Source: Spirochaetia bacterium | GTDB taxonomy: Bacteria > Spirochaetota > Spirochaetia > SZUA-6 > Bin103 | Direction of reading: 5' to 3' | Length of the DNA: 64,000 nt | NCBI GenBank assembly: GCA_965203905.1 | Contig: CBDBDQ010000005.1 | Coordinates: 2,976,001 to 3,040,000, forward strand | Notes under the pieces: model-generated | What the model was told of the DNA's origin: nothing | Databases searched by the model: none | Seen by the model: the letters and a program-made list of their open reading frames with translations, nothing else | Shown here: positions 47,642-57,253 of the stretch, piece after piece | Layout: each line of letters starts with the position of its first letter | Numbering within the stretch: position 1 is the first letter of the stretch | Translations under genes and position numbers: made by a program

Positions 47642-48718
47642 TTACAGCAGCCCGGCGCGCGCCTTGTGGCGCGCCAGCAGGAACAGGAAGAACGGCGCCC
47701 CCACCAGGGCGGTGATGATGCCGACGCGCACCTCCGCCGGGGCGACCACGATCCGGGCCACGGTGTCGGCGGCGAGCAGGAACACCGCGCCGCCGAGCGC
47801 GCTCAGGGGAACCAGCACCCGATGGTCGGCGCCGGTGATCAGCCGCAGCGCGTGCGGGACGATCAGCCCGACGAAGGCGATCGTCCCGGAGAACGCCACC
47901 GCGGTGCCGGTGATCAGCGAGGCGGCGAGCAGCAGCACGGTTCGGGTCAGCCCCACGCGCACCCCGAGCGCCCGCGCCTCCTGCTCGCCCACCATCAGCA
48001 GGTTGAGGTCGCGCGCCAGCAGCACCGCCAGCGCGGTGCCGGCCAGCACCAGGGGCGCTGCCATCCGCACGTGGGTCCAGCGTGACGCATCAAGGCCGCC
48101 GGCAAGCCAGAAGATCATCTCGCGCTGGGCGCCGAGGTCCTGGGTGAGCAGTACGATCGCCGAGATGATGGCGGCGAGGAACGCGCCCACCGCGACTCCG
48201 GAGAGCAGCAGCGCCGCCATCGAGAAGCGGCCGCCGACCGAGGCGACCGTGAACACCAGTGCCAGGGCGCCGGCGGAGCCGGCGAAGGCCATGCCGGGCA
48301 GCGCCAGCGGCGCCGCGGCCTGCGCGCCGACGGCGATCGCTACCACCGCGCCCAGCGCCCCGCCGGTGGACACGCCGATGATGCCGGGGTCGGCCATCGG
48401 GTTCCGAAACAAGCCCTGCATCACGGCACCGGCCACGCCGAGGGCGGCGCCGACGATCAGCGCCAGGGTGATGCGGGACAGCCGGATCGACTCGACGATG
48501 GCGCGCTCGGTGTCGCTTGCCGCGAGGGTGCGGAGACCGAACTGCTCCAGCAGGATGCCGGCGGTGTGGGACAACGGTATGGCGTAGGGCCCGACGGCAG
48601 CGGCGACCACGACCAGTGCCGCCGCACAGACGGCGAGCAGCGCGCCGCCACTCGCCAGCCGCGCCACGACCGGCGATCGCGACCGTGCACCTACGTATTC
48701 TGCCTGCTCGACCCGCAC
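47642..48718 (-). CDS. btuC: FecCD/BtuC-family permease
   Basis: IRLSR, QGLFRNPMADPGIIGVS, G.IAFVGLIVPH, VG.ITALVGAPFF; AAGGAG SD before GTG at 48718 (start uncertain). Confidence 0.88.
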   Translation of the reverse strand: MRVEQAEYVGARSRSPVVARLASGGALLAVCAAALVVVAAAVGPYAIPLSHTAGILLEQFGLRTLAASDTERAIVESIRLSRITLALIVGAALGVAGAVMQGLFRNPMADPGIIGVSTGGALGAVVAIAVGAQAAAPLALPGMAFAGSAGALALVFTVASVGGRFSMAALLLSGVAVGAFLAAIISAIVLLTQDLGAQREMIFWLAGGLDASRWTHVRMAAPLVLAGTALAVLLARDLNLLMVGEQEARALGVRVGLTRTVLLLAASLITGTAVAFSGTIAFVGLIVPHALRLITGADHRVLVPLSALGGAVFLLAADTVARIVVAPAEVRVGIITALVGAPFFLFLLARHKARAGLL

Positions 48719-48821
48719 CCGGGAGCTCCTTCCTGGCCGCTCTGCGTACGGGGATGTTGCCGCCCGAAATGGACCTGCACGGTCTGAGGCGCTCCCTGAG
48801 CGGAGAGCGGCCACTCAGCCT

Positions 48822-48995
48822 TGCCCGGCAGGTATCCTGGCTCCCGGTTCAGCGCCTGACCCGCGCCTTCCCATCCCTTGCGGGACAGTGGCATCAGCGG
48901 GCGGCTCGCCGGTCACAGTGGCGCCACCGCAGCGGATTCACACCGCTTTCCCTGTTCGGACAAGGTCTGCCTTTAGTGACTGTTCGTCCGGGAGA
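48822..48995 (-). ncRNA. Cobalamin riboswitch
   Basis: Minus strand reads AACAGGGAA-AGCGGTG-TGAAT-CCGCT-GCGG-TGGCGCCACTGTGA...GCCACTG...GGGAAGG...GAGCCAGGATACCTGCC (B12 box), upstream of btuC. Confidence 0.95.
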
Positions 48996-49022
48996 CTATT
49001 GCTATCGCGGACCGGGTGTCAA
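48994..49022 (-). promoter_or_regulatory. Candidate promoter of the riboswitch/btu-cob operon
   Basis: TTGACA at 49022-49017; -10 ambiguous. Confidence 0.4.
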
Positions 49023-49221
49023 ACCGGCGTTGAACAAACGTACCCCTCCCAGCTGGCGCCGCTCCCCGACCGTGCGGTAGCTCGACCAGTCGATTCCAGC
49101 TCGGGATCGCCGCCCGGCCCGAATGTGGGTCCGATATCGTCCGTCAGCCGCCCCGCCACACCGGGCCGCGACTTTCGTCGTCGCGATCCGCGGTACGGCG
49201 ATGACGAGGTTGAGGCGGGTC

Positions 49222-50094
49222 TTATTCTTTCATGCCGGTAGTAACGAGTCCACCGACAACTCGCTTCTGGGTCACCAGGGATAGCGCGATCAGCGGCGCC
49301 ATGACGACCGTGGTAGCCGCCAGCAGGGTCTCCCACGATATCGTTTCATCGCGGAACAGGGCCAGGCCGAGTTGCACCGTCATCATCCTCTCGGACTGTA
49401 CGATGGTCAGAGGCCACATGTAATCATTCCAAGCAAAAGTGGCCTTCAGGATACCTAAACTCATGAGTAGAGCCTGGCTGTTTGGGACGTAGATTTGCAG
49501 GAAAATCCTGGCGGCACCGCAGCCGTCGATCTCTGCTGCATCGTCGAGAGATCTTGGGAAGTTCAGAAAGAACTGCCTACACAGGAAAATTCCAAAGGCA
49601 CCGGCAAAGAGCGGAACCATCAACCCTGCATAGGAGTTGACCAGACCGCTTCCCCCTTGCCCAAGAAGATTGTTCCCTCCTGCCAAGGGGAGGCTTCTCA
49701 GAACGATGAATCTCGGAAGTATTGTGAGCTGCTCGGGAACCATCAGCGCCAGAAGAATCGTGTAAAAAAGAATTTTTCTGCCATTGAAGTCGAGCCGAGC
49801 AAAGGCGTACCCCGCCATCGAGTTTACCAGGAGGCTGACCAGGGTGGTTGTCAATGTCACATACACCGAGTTCAGGAACCATCTGCCCCAAAGACGCCGT
49901 TGAAACGCCTTTATGTAGTTGGAGAACTGAGGAACTTTGGGGAAGACGGAGAAGCTGCTGGCATTTATCTCCGATACCGTTTTCAAGGATCCGGTTATCA
50001 TCAGCACGAACGGCATCACGACCAGAAAGGCAAAGAAAGATAGAACTATCAACAGGATTATTTTGGTAACAAGCGTGCGCCTGATGCTGATCAT
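49222..50094 (-). CDS. Carbohydrate ABC permease (MalG-type)
   Basis: AGYAFARL, FLCRQFF..FPRSLDDAAEIDG, WNDYMWP. Confidence 0.93.
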   Translation of the reverse strand: MISIRRTLVTKIILLIVLSFFAFLVVMPFVLMITGSLKTVSEINASSFSVFPKVPQFSNYIKAFQRRLWGRWFLNSVYVTLTTTLVSLLVNSMAGYAFARLDFNGRKILFYTILLALMVPEQLTILPRFIVLRSLPLAGGNNLLGQGGSGLVNSYAGLMVPLFAGAFGIFLCRQFFLNFPRSLDDAAEIDGCGAARIFLQIYVPNSQALLMSLGILKATFAWNDYMWPLTIVQSERMMTVQLGLALFRDETISWETLLAATTVVMAPLIALSLVTQKRVVGGLVTTGMKE

Positions 50095-50103
50095 CTCCTT
50101 CCC

Positions 50104-51036
50104 CTACATCAAATCGTAGCCCTGTCTGCCGTATCTGAAGTTGAGCACGGTCAGCACGAAGATCAGGCCGAGCAGGAAAACGCCCATACTGGAAGCATAG
50201 CCCATCTGAAATTCCTCGAAGCCCCTGGTGTAGAGCTGGTGCACAATCGTAGTAGTAGCGTTGTTGGGACCTCCTTCAGTCATGATGTTAACCTGCTCGA
50301 AGACCGAGAAGGACTGGATGGTGTTGATCACAAAGAGGAAGAAGGTCGTGGGCTGGACAAGAGGGACGGTTATACGAGAAAATTTGCTCAAGGCAGACGC
50401 CCCATCTATATCTGCCGCCTCGTAGAGATGGGCTGGTATCTGCTGGAGCCCAGCCAAGTAGATGACCATGTTATAGCCGGTCATCTTCCATATCCCCATA
50501 ATAATGAGGGAGGCAAGAGCGAGATCCTGATCGTACAGCCAGCGCATCGCGGGAAGCCCAAGGGATCTCATTGTCTGGTTCAGGACGCCCGTTGCCGGCT
50601 CATAGATCCAGAGCCAGAGCATTGAAACCGAGACCATGGACACGACGTAGGGGAGGTAGAAGGCTAGTCGGAGGGTCTTCCGTCCCGGGATCCGCTGGTT
50701 GAGAGAGTTGGCCAGCAGTAGCGCCAAGACTATCTGTGGAATGATGGTACCGAAGGCGTAGATAGCGGTATTCTTGAGGGCCTTCAGGAAAACCGCATCA
50801 CCGAACAAGCGGACAAAATTGGCCAGCCCGACGAATTCGCTGCGGGTAAAGAGGTCATTATTCGTAAACCCGAGCCATATCGTCATAACGACGGGAATGA
50901 AGATGAAGAGGAAGTAGACCAGGTAAGTGGGCAGTACCATGAGGTGCCCTATGCCGTCGTGCTTCCTTATGCCCATTCTGCTTGCTCGCAGATAAGACAG
51001 TGCCCGGCTCGCCGTCGTGGTAGACGAGCCGGGCAC
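50104..51036 (-). CDS. Carbohydrate ABC permease (MalF-type)
   Basis: FVGLANF, YLAGLQQIP..LYEAADIDGA, MTEGGP; start may be ATG at 50976. Confidence 0.93.
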   Translation of the reverse strand: MPGSSTTTASRALSYLRASRMGIRKHDGIGHLMVLPTYLVYFLFIFIPVVMTIWLGFTNNDLFTRSEFVGLANFVRLFGDAVFLKALKNTAIYAFGTIIPQIVLALLLANSLNQRIPGRKTLRLAFYLPYVVSMVSVSMLWLWIYEPATGVLNQTMRSLGLPAMRWLYDQDLALASLIIMGIWKMTGYNMVIYLAGLQQIPAHLYEAADIDGASALSKFSRITVPLVQPTTFFLFVINTIQSFSVFEQVNIMTEGGPNNATTTIVHQLYTRGFEEFQMGYASSMGVFLLGLIFVLTVLNFRYGRQGYDLM

Positions 51037-51061
51037 CTATGACGCCTAGTTGAGAAGCTGG

Positions 51062-52345
51062 CTATTGGGCCTTCTCGATCTCATCGAGAAGCGCCGCGTA
51101 GTTGTCGCTGAGGGCCTGTGCGGGCCCCTTCTCTCCGTAGTAGGCCTCTGCCATAGCAGACTCAAGATGCCTGAACAGGATAGGAGCCCAGGTGACGAGA
51201 GGCGCCCCCAGACCCGTCTTTACGCCTTCGAAAAGCGCAGCATTCAGCTCCGGATTCACGGCCGTGAATTGGTCTCTCATGCTGTTCAGAACCGGCACGT
51301 TACCAGTAGCCTCATATGCGGCCCACACTTCTTCCGGTGACATCCACTCTTCGATGAAACTCCATGCCAAATCCTTGTTCTTTGAAGCGGACGCTATGGA
51401 GTAGAGCCAGGCGCCATTCCAGTTGCTCGTGGTCATGGCTGCCTCGTCCTTGTGCAGGGTGAAGTAACCGACCTCATCCACCTTGTCGGGATAAGCCGCG
51501 AAGAACTGAGCCAGCATGGCTGAGCTGACTTGAGCAATGGCGGCGTTTCCCTTGGCAAACGCGGAGGAGGACCACTCCTGCGCCATCATGGTGTCAATAG
51601 AGACGTTCTCCTTGTAGAGATTGGTCATGAACTCCAGGGCCTCGATCCACTCGGAACCGTTGAAGGTTGGTTGCCCCTCATCATTCAGGAACTGGGCTCC
51701 GTTCATAACCGCCATCGGAACCAAGGTCAGGAAGTCGTTGATGGGCATGAGGTAGCCGGCCCGGGTGACGATAGACCCATCCCTCATCGTGAGTTGCGGA
51801 GCGACCCTAGCCAATTCTTCCCAAGTGTCGGGAGGATTGTTGGGATCGAGCCCGGCATCGCGGAAGTAGTCCTTTCGATATGCCCACACATAGGGGTCCG
51901 GATGATAGGCAAGACCGTAGTATAGTCCCTCGTACAAAGAAACATTGAGCATGCTCTGTGCCACATCTTCGAAACCGCTCCACTGGTCAAAATAGTCGTT
52001 GAGAGGCATGTAAACACCGTTGGCCGCATACAGGGCCACGTGCATAATGGCCCCTCCCACAACATCCGGTGGCGTTCCTCCAGCAACGGCCACGTTAAGC
52101 TTCTGTGGCAGATCTGGAGGGGCAACATACTCATAGTCAATCGTTACATTGGGGTACTTGTCCTCATATCTTTCAATGAAATCGCGGACGTAATTGACCC
52201 AAATATCTTGCGTGCCCATCCTCAGAAGCTTCAGAGTAACGGGCTCTTCGGGCGCAGATTGATCTTCTTGTCCGGTGCCCCAGGCCATAGCAATAACTAG
52301 GAACATCAGAGCTAACGAGATCGTAATCATTCTAATCTGTCTCAC
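51062..52345 (-). CDS. Extracellular sugar-binding protein (family 1)
   Basis: Signal peptide, AGGTPPDV, AGLDPNNPPDTWEEL, KDLAWSFI; GAGGAGGT SD before GTG at 52345. Confidence 0.9.
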   Translation of the reverse strand: MRQIRMITISLALMFLVIAMAWGTGQEDQSAPEEPVTLKLLRMGTQDIWVNYVRDFIERYEDKYPNVTIDYEYVAPPDLPQKLNVAVAGGTPPDVVGGAIMHVALYAANGVYMPLNDYFDQWSGFEDVAQSMLNVSLYEGLYYGLAYHPDPYVWAYRKDYFRDAGLDPNNPPDTWEELARVAPQLTMRDGSIVTRAGYLMPINDFLTLVPMAVMNGAQFLNDEGQPTFNGSEWIEALEFMTNLYKENVSIDTMMAQEWSSSAFAKGNAAIAQVSSAMLAQFFAAYPDKVDEVGYFTLHKDEAAMTTSNWNGAWLYSIASASKNKDLAWSFIEEWMSPEEVWAAYEATGNVPVLNSMRDQFTAVNPELNAALFEGVKTGLGAPLVTWAPILFRHLESAMAEAYYGEKGPAQALSDNYAALLDEIEKAQ

Positions 52346-52904
52346 ATCAAACCTCCTCGGTTCGTGCACTGTATTTTGCCAAGCGGAACGTCCCATAGTG
52401 TCCGCGCTAGTCGTATCCCGTCGGGAGTTTCATCCTCGCCTCCTGTGTGCCGTGAATACCCCGAACGCTCGGCGGGTGCGGCGCCGTTGGACAGAACTCC
52501 ACGCGAGGTCGGCGGTGGGCGGCGAACCGGTGCTGAAAGTGATGGCGCGGGCAGTGGCATCCACGCGGGCGGCGCAGGTGGCGCGGTCAGCCGGACCGGA
52601 TAGTGTTTCGCGCTTGTAAGGAAGAGTAGGGGGGAGGGTAAGACGCACTCGCTACGTTACCGTCAATCGGTGGCAGCGCTGGGTGGTGTCGTCACGCATC
52701 ATCCGCGTCCGTTCGAAATCCCGAACGAATTTACCATACACCCTCACGCGCAAGACATCAAGCACGCGCATTGTGCTGATCGTGTTGATGTAGATTGCGT
52801 TATGTCAGCAGCAATTCTCTATGACTGGCGGCTGGCCTGCCGCACGGCCGCAGTCCGGAAGCAACCGATCATACGGTCGCTCATCGGCAACAAGTACCTG
52901 CCGG

Positions 52905-53723
52905 TCAGCTCCCGCGGGCGGCGTGGTAGGGGGCCGGGTCGAAGCCGGGGTAGCGGGCCGCCATGGCGGCGGTGAACCGCGCGCTCCACAGCGGGTCTCC
53001 CGGCGGCGGGAACCCGAGCAGCTCCCGCTGCCGCGGAGTCGCCTCGGCCATGAAGCGGCGCATCGCTTCCGGGGTCGCGCCGCTCTTGTAGGTGAAGGTA
53101 CGGCCCCCGTCCCAGGGGCGGTCCTTGCGCGTGAAGCCCACCCACATCGCCGGGCGGTGGCCGTGGGCGGCGGTGAAGTCGGACGCCGCGTGGCGGGTGT
53201 AGATGCTGTACAGGCACACCGAACCGCCCGGCACGATCATCGGCACGAACTCCTCGTTGGGGCGTCCGTTCGGCACCATCCGTATCGGCGCCAGACCGGC
53301 ATCGACGTCGTCGAAGCAGTAGAAGCAGGCGAGGTGCATGAAGTCGTCCGGCTCGATGATCGGGCCCAGGGTGTTGTTGCCGTAGTCGATGTGAAAGTCG
53401 GTCCAGCGCTGTTCGCCCGCGTACTTCATCCCGAGGTGCCCTTCGTCGAGCTTGATTTCGCGGGTGCCGAGCACGCGTTCGGCGGCGGAGATGAGGTCGG
53501 GGTGGACGGTGACGTGGTTGAGGCCCGAGTGGTCCCAGGGAAACAGCGTCTGCTGCGGGGTGCGGTTTTTGCCTCCCGCCGCTGCGTACTCTGCGTAAGG
53601 CGGCGCGAACAGGGTGAAGAAACCGTCGAGCGCGGCGCGTCGCTCCTCCTCGGTGAGAAAGCTCTCGACGATCAGGAAGCCCTGCTTCCGATAGGTGTCG
53701 AGTTGCTGGTCGCTGATGTGCAT
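52905..53723 (-). CDS. PhyH-family Fe/2OG dioxygenase
   Basis: YRKQGFLIVE, HPDL, FHID (HxD), GSVCLY...RHAAS; GAGGAG SD before ATG at 53723. Confidence 0.8.
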   Translation of the reverse strand: MHISDQQLDTYRKQGFLIVESFLTEEERRAALDGFFTLFAPPYAEYAAAGGKNRTPQQTLFPWDHSGLNHVTVHPDLISAAERVLGTREIKLDEGHLGMKYAGEQRWTDFHIDYGNNTLGPIIEPDDFMHLACFYCFDDVDAGLAPIRMVPNGRPNEEFVPMIVPGGSVCLYSIYTRHAASDFTAAHGHRPAMWVGFTRKDRPWDGGRTFTYKSGATPEAMRRFMAEATPRQRELLGFPPPGDPLWSARFTAAMAARYPGFDPAPYHAARGS

Positions 53724-54409
53724 GCTATCTCCTCGATGCTCGCTCCGGACATGCGGAATACGGATGTGTGTGGATGCGATTTTGCGAGCGTCTCGGACGG
53801 GCTCAGGCGTGCGTACGCACCCTGGATCGTCTGGCTCATCAATTCGTGAGTCACGGCGGCCCTGATCGGGACACCACGGTCGATGGCGAGCCACCGCCGT
53901 GCCCGCACGGACATCAAGGCGTAGCTCTCTCCGCCCGGAATCCGGAAGTTCCATTCGTCGTGTGCACGCGCCTCGCGCGCCCCGGGAAAGCGGGCGTCGA
54001 CTTCCGCGAGCGTGAGTCCCTGCCATACCCCGAGGTGAAGCTCGACAAGCAGTGGCTCCACGGTGGCCGGTTCTCCTGTACCGAGTTCCATGCAAACGAT
54101 GGCTGCAGTCTGCCGTGCCCGACCAAGGGGGCTGGTCTCGACCACAAACGGAACCTGGTCCGAAAATGGCGGCCACCGGGCACTGCCCCATGCGCCGTTT
54201 TCGTGGTCTTCCGTGTCACGGGGTAACCGTGCTGCCTCACCACGAAGCAGCCCCGCGAGGAGCCGACCTGCCGCACGTGCCTGCTGTTCTCCTTGCCGAG
54301 TGAGCGGAGAGTCCAGCTGTCCCTGCTGGCGTCCAACGCGGTTCCACTCCGTTTGCCCGTGGCGAACGAGATAGAAGGTCGTGTTCGCTTTCGAGGTCCG
54401 AGGTCTCAG
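53672..54409 (-). CDS. Histidine phosphatase family protein, probable CTG start
   Basis: Frame stays open upstream of the track start (54145) through FYLVRHGQTEWN...QGQLDSPLT, then SPLGRARQT, GVWQG, PGGES, VTH; no ATG/GTG/TTG before RHG. Confidence 0.75.
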   Translation of the reverse strand: MRPRTSKANTTFYLVRHGQTEWNRVGRQQGQLDSPLTRQGEQQARAAGRLLAGLLRGEAARLPRDTEDHENGAWGSARWPPFSDQVPFVVETSPLGRARQTAAIVCMELGTGEPATVEPLLVELHLGVWQGLTLAEVDARFPGAREARAHDEWNFRIPGGESYALMSVRARRWLAIDRGVPIRAAVTHELMSQTIQGAYARLSPSETLAKSHPHTSVFRMSGASIEEIACTSATSNSTPIGSRAS

Positions 54410-54413
54410 GCGG

Positions 54414-55316
54414 TTACCCTTCGTACTCGTCCCGCTCGCGGGCGAAGCGCTTGAGCTTGGCGAAGAAGTCCTCGTGGATGAACCGCGCGTCGATGTCCTC
54501 GTAGACGCGAATCGGCCGATGGCCCCCCGTATGACGGTAGTGCATCGTGGGCTCGAACTCCGGCGCGGGGCGCCAGCTCCATGCGCCGCAGTCCGGGTAC
54601 ATCATCACGCCGACGCACGGGGAGTCGCCCAGCGAGCGATACGGCATGGCGGATGGCCTCGTCTCGCTGTTGTGCTCCACCAGTTGCTCGACGAGGTAGC
54701 GGCCGATCTTGCCGCACGGGTATACCTTGTCGAACAGTTCCGCGTAGCTCACCGGCATCCTGCGGTACACGTTTTGCGGGATCTGCCATACCTGGAGCCG
54801 GGACCGCATGATGACGTTGGCGGCGTTGACGTCGTTGGACAGGTTGTATTCGCGGCCACCGAGCGGCCACTTCCCTCCACCGATCCAGATCACCACGACG
54901 TTGCGTGATTCGATCGCCGGCTCCAGCAGCAGCGCTGACGCCATGTCGGTAAGCGGACCGTAGAAGGCGACGTGCAAGGGGCGCGGATCGTCCTGCAGAG
55001 CCTGCTCGATGATCAGGCGCGCACCCGGCGAATCGACCGGGGTGCGTTCGTCGGGCAGCGCATGTTCGGCGCCGTCGGCAACGTGGACCTGGTCGCGGAG
55101 CTCCATGAGATCGAGCAACAGCATGGTTTCATCGTGGCTGTCGCGGAGACTGTGCGCTGATTTTCCCGTTCCGAAGTGGGCGGGAACAACGCCGTGCAAC
55201 TCGAACGCCGGCGTGAGTATCGCGTGCACGATAGCGTACTGATCGTCCGCTTCGTTCTTGGCGTCGGTGTTCACGATAACGCGGATCTTCTTGTCGGGTG
55301 GAAACTCGTAGTGCAT
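54414..55316 (-). CDS. Nucleoside hydrolase (IU-NH) family protein
   Basis: DAKNEADDQYA Ca-binding motif, GPLTD, WIGG, EYN, LGD; AAGGAG SD. Confidence 0.88.
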   Translation of the reverse strand: MHYEFPPDKKIRVIVNTDAKNEADDQYAIVHAILTPAFELHGVVPAHFGTGKSAHSLRDSHDETMLLLDLMELRDQVHVADGAEHALPDERTPVDSPGARLIIEQALQDDPRPLHVAFYGPLTDMASALLLEPAIESRNVVVIWIGGGKWPLGGREYNLSNDVNAANVIMRSRLQVWQIPQNVYRRMPVSYAELFDKVYPCGKIGRYLVEQLVEHNSETRPSAMPYRSLGDSPCVGVMMYPDCGAWSWRPAPEFEPTMHYRHTGGHRPIRVYEDIDARFIHEDFFAKLKRFARERDEYEG

Positions 55317-55412
55317 GAAACTCTCTCCTTACTTCAGGGTCTCTATATTTCCGTTGCAGTGTACCTCGCGGCCGGTCTCCGGCTGAAGCGGGCGCAACGC
55401 CGTCCGGACGGG

Positions 55413-56225
55413 TTACCCGTCGACCGCGGCCACGACGACCTCGATACCGCGACGCTCGAACTCGGCGCGGTCGTCGGCACCGATGCCGTCGTCCGTGACG
55501 AAGGTGTGAATCAGGTCCAGCCCGCCCAGCGCGGCAAGGGCGGACTTGCCGAGCTTCGTAGAGTCGGCCACAAGATACACCTGCCGCGCCGAAGCGATCA
55601 TCGCGCGCTTCACATGGATGTCGTTGAACCCCGGGTAGGTGAGGCCGGCGGCGAAGGAGATCCCGCCTGCGGCGAGGAACAGCTTGGCCACATGAACCTT
55701 GTCGAAGAACGCGGCGGCCTTCTCGCCGGTCAGAGACAGCGTGGGACCCTTGAACTCCCCGCCCGTGACCATGACCTCGAAACCGAAGTGCCCTCCCAGG
55801 AGCAACGCGATATTCAGTGCATTGGTGACGATCGTGAGGTCGCGCTTGCCCTCCAGGTTCTTGGCTACCTCGGTGACCGTGGAGCCCGCGTCCAGAATGA
55901 TGGTATCGCCGTCACGGACAAACTCCGCGACCTTGCGCCCAATCGCGTTCTTGCGCTGCATGTTCTCGGTGTGTTGCAGGCTGAGACTTCGAACCTGGTC
56001 GGGAATGCTCTTGAGGAACGCACCGCCGTACTCGCGTATGATCAGGCCATTCTCCTGCAGGCGGTCCAGGTCCTGTCGGATTGTTGGTTCGGAAACCGCG
56101 AACACCCGGCTGAGTTCGCTGACCCGCGCGCTGCCCTCCTCCTGCAGCAACTCGAGGATCCTCACCCGCCGGCGCTGGCCGAGAAGATTCGCTTGCCCTC
56201 TGCTCGAATTCGCTCTGTTTGCCAT
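55413..56225 (-). CDS. DeoR/GlpR-family transcriptional regulator
   Basis: VSELS..F.VSEPTIRQDL, ILDAGST, VTNA, ADSTK. Confidence 0.95.
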   Translation of the reverse strand: MANRANSSRGQANLLGQRRRVRILELLQEEGSARVSELSRVFAVSEPTIRQDLDRLQENGLIIREYGGAFLKSIPDQVRSLSLQHTENMQRKNAIGRKVAEFVRDGDTIILDAGSTVTEVAKNLEGKRDLTIVTNALNIALLLGGHFGFEVMVTGGEFKGPTLSLTGEKAAAFFDKVHVAKLFLAAGGISFAAGLTYPGFNDIHVKRAMIASARQVYLVADSTKLGKSALAALGGLDLIHTFVTDDGIGADDRAEFERRGIEVVVAAVDG

Positions 56226-56354
56226 CTATACGATTATGCCGTGACCTTCACGCTGCGGCCCGCCCTGAGTCGAACTCGGACGACCCGCTCGGCATCGGCT
56301 GGCCGGTTACTCAAGCATACCATAGGTGAACGAAGCATAATACGCAACAATAGG

Positions 56355-56383
56355 TTGACTATCGTGATCGATTAACTTACGGT
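56355..56383 (+). promoter_or_regulatory. Sigma70-type promoter of the apiose operon
   Basis: TTGACT-17 bp-TACGGT in the AT-richer divergent intergenic region. Confidence 0.5.
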
Positions 56384-56413
56384 GGGCTGCGGGTTTCCGA
56401 GGGTGCATGACAG

Positions 56414-57253
56414 ATGACCGATCGAGAGCTGGCTCTGCAGTCGGTCCGCTACCGCCAGACCGTGCTGCGGATCATCAAGCAGGCCGGGGCAGGCCACACC
56501 GGGGGCAGCCTGTCGTGCATCGACATCCTCAACGTGTTGTACCACGACGTGTTGAATGTCTCCCCCGCTGCCTTTGCGGACCCCGCTCGCGACCGGTACA
56601 TCCACAGCAAGGGTCATTCCGTCGAGGCACTCTACACCGTCCTCGCCGACCGCGGGTTCTTCCCGGATTCGCATCTGCACACGTTGAGTCGCTACCGGTC
56701 GCACTTCGTTGGGCACCCGACAAGGAAGGTCAACGGCATCGAGCACAACACCGGCGCCCTCGGGCACGGCCTGTCGGTGGCCACGGGATTGGCGCTGGCC
56801 GGCGCCAGGAGCGAGCATCGATTCCGTGTGTTCGCACTGCTCGGCGACGGTGAGCTCGCGGAGGGCTCGGTGTGGGAGGCGGCGATGGCGGCGGCTCACT
56901 TCCGGCTGGACAACCTGGTGGTCATCGTCGATCGCAACGGACTGCAGATCACCGGGCGCACCGAGGACGTGATGAGCCTGGAGCCGCTGGCGCAGCGGTT
57001 CTCCGCCTTCGGCCTGGAGGTGCGCGCGTGCGACGGCCATGACGTCGTAGATCTGCGCACCGCGTTCGAGGAGGTCCCCTTTGCGCCGGGACGGCCCAGT
57101 GTGTTGCTCGCCCGTACGGTGAAGGGGAAGGGTGTGAGCTTCATGGAGGGCCAGGCCGGTTGGCACCACCACGTGCCGAACGACGACGAGTTCCGTTTGG
57201 CGTTGCAGGAGTTGCAGCGTGCAGAGGCCGAGTTGCAGGTGGCGCACGTTTGA
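56414..57253 (+). CDS. aptA: Split transketolase N-terminal subunit (apulose-4-phosphate transketolase A)
   Basis: GHTGGSLS, RD.YI.SKGH, TGALGHGL, TPP motif GDGEL.EG...D.N, KGKGVSFME; context with ApsI and kinase. Confidence 0.82.
   Translation: MTDRELALQSVRYRQTVLRIIKQAGAGHTGGSLSCIDILNVLYHDVLNVSPAAFADPARDRYIHSKGHSVEALYTVLADRGFFPDSHLHTLSRYRSHFVGHPTRKVNGIEHNTGALGHGLSVATGLALAGARSEHRFRVFALLGDGELAEGSVWEAAMAAAHFRLDNLVVIVDRNGLQITGRTEDVMSLEPLAQRFSAFGLEVRACDGHDVVDLRTAFEEVPFAPGRPSVLLARTVKGKGVSFMEGQAGWHHHVPNDDEFRLALQELQRAEAELQVAHV

Noticed and set aside
44405-48587. 729-aa and 679-aa plus-strand ORFs, and long N-terminal extensions of cobT, btuD, cbiB and cobD in the track
   Set aside because: Antisense or upstream run-on frames; true starts are set by SD sites and stop/start overlaps
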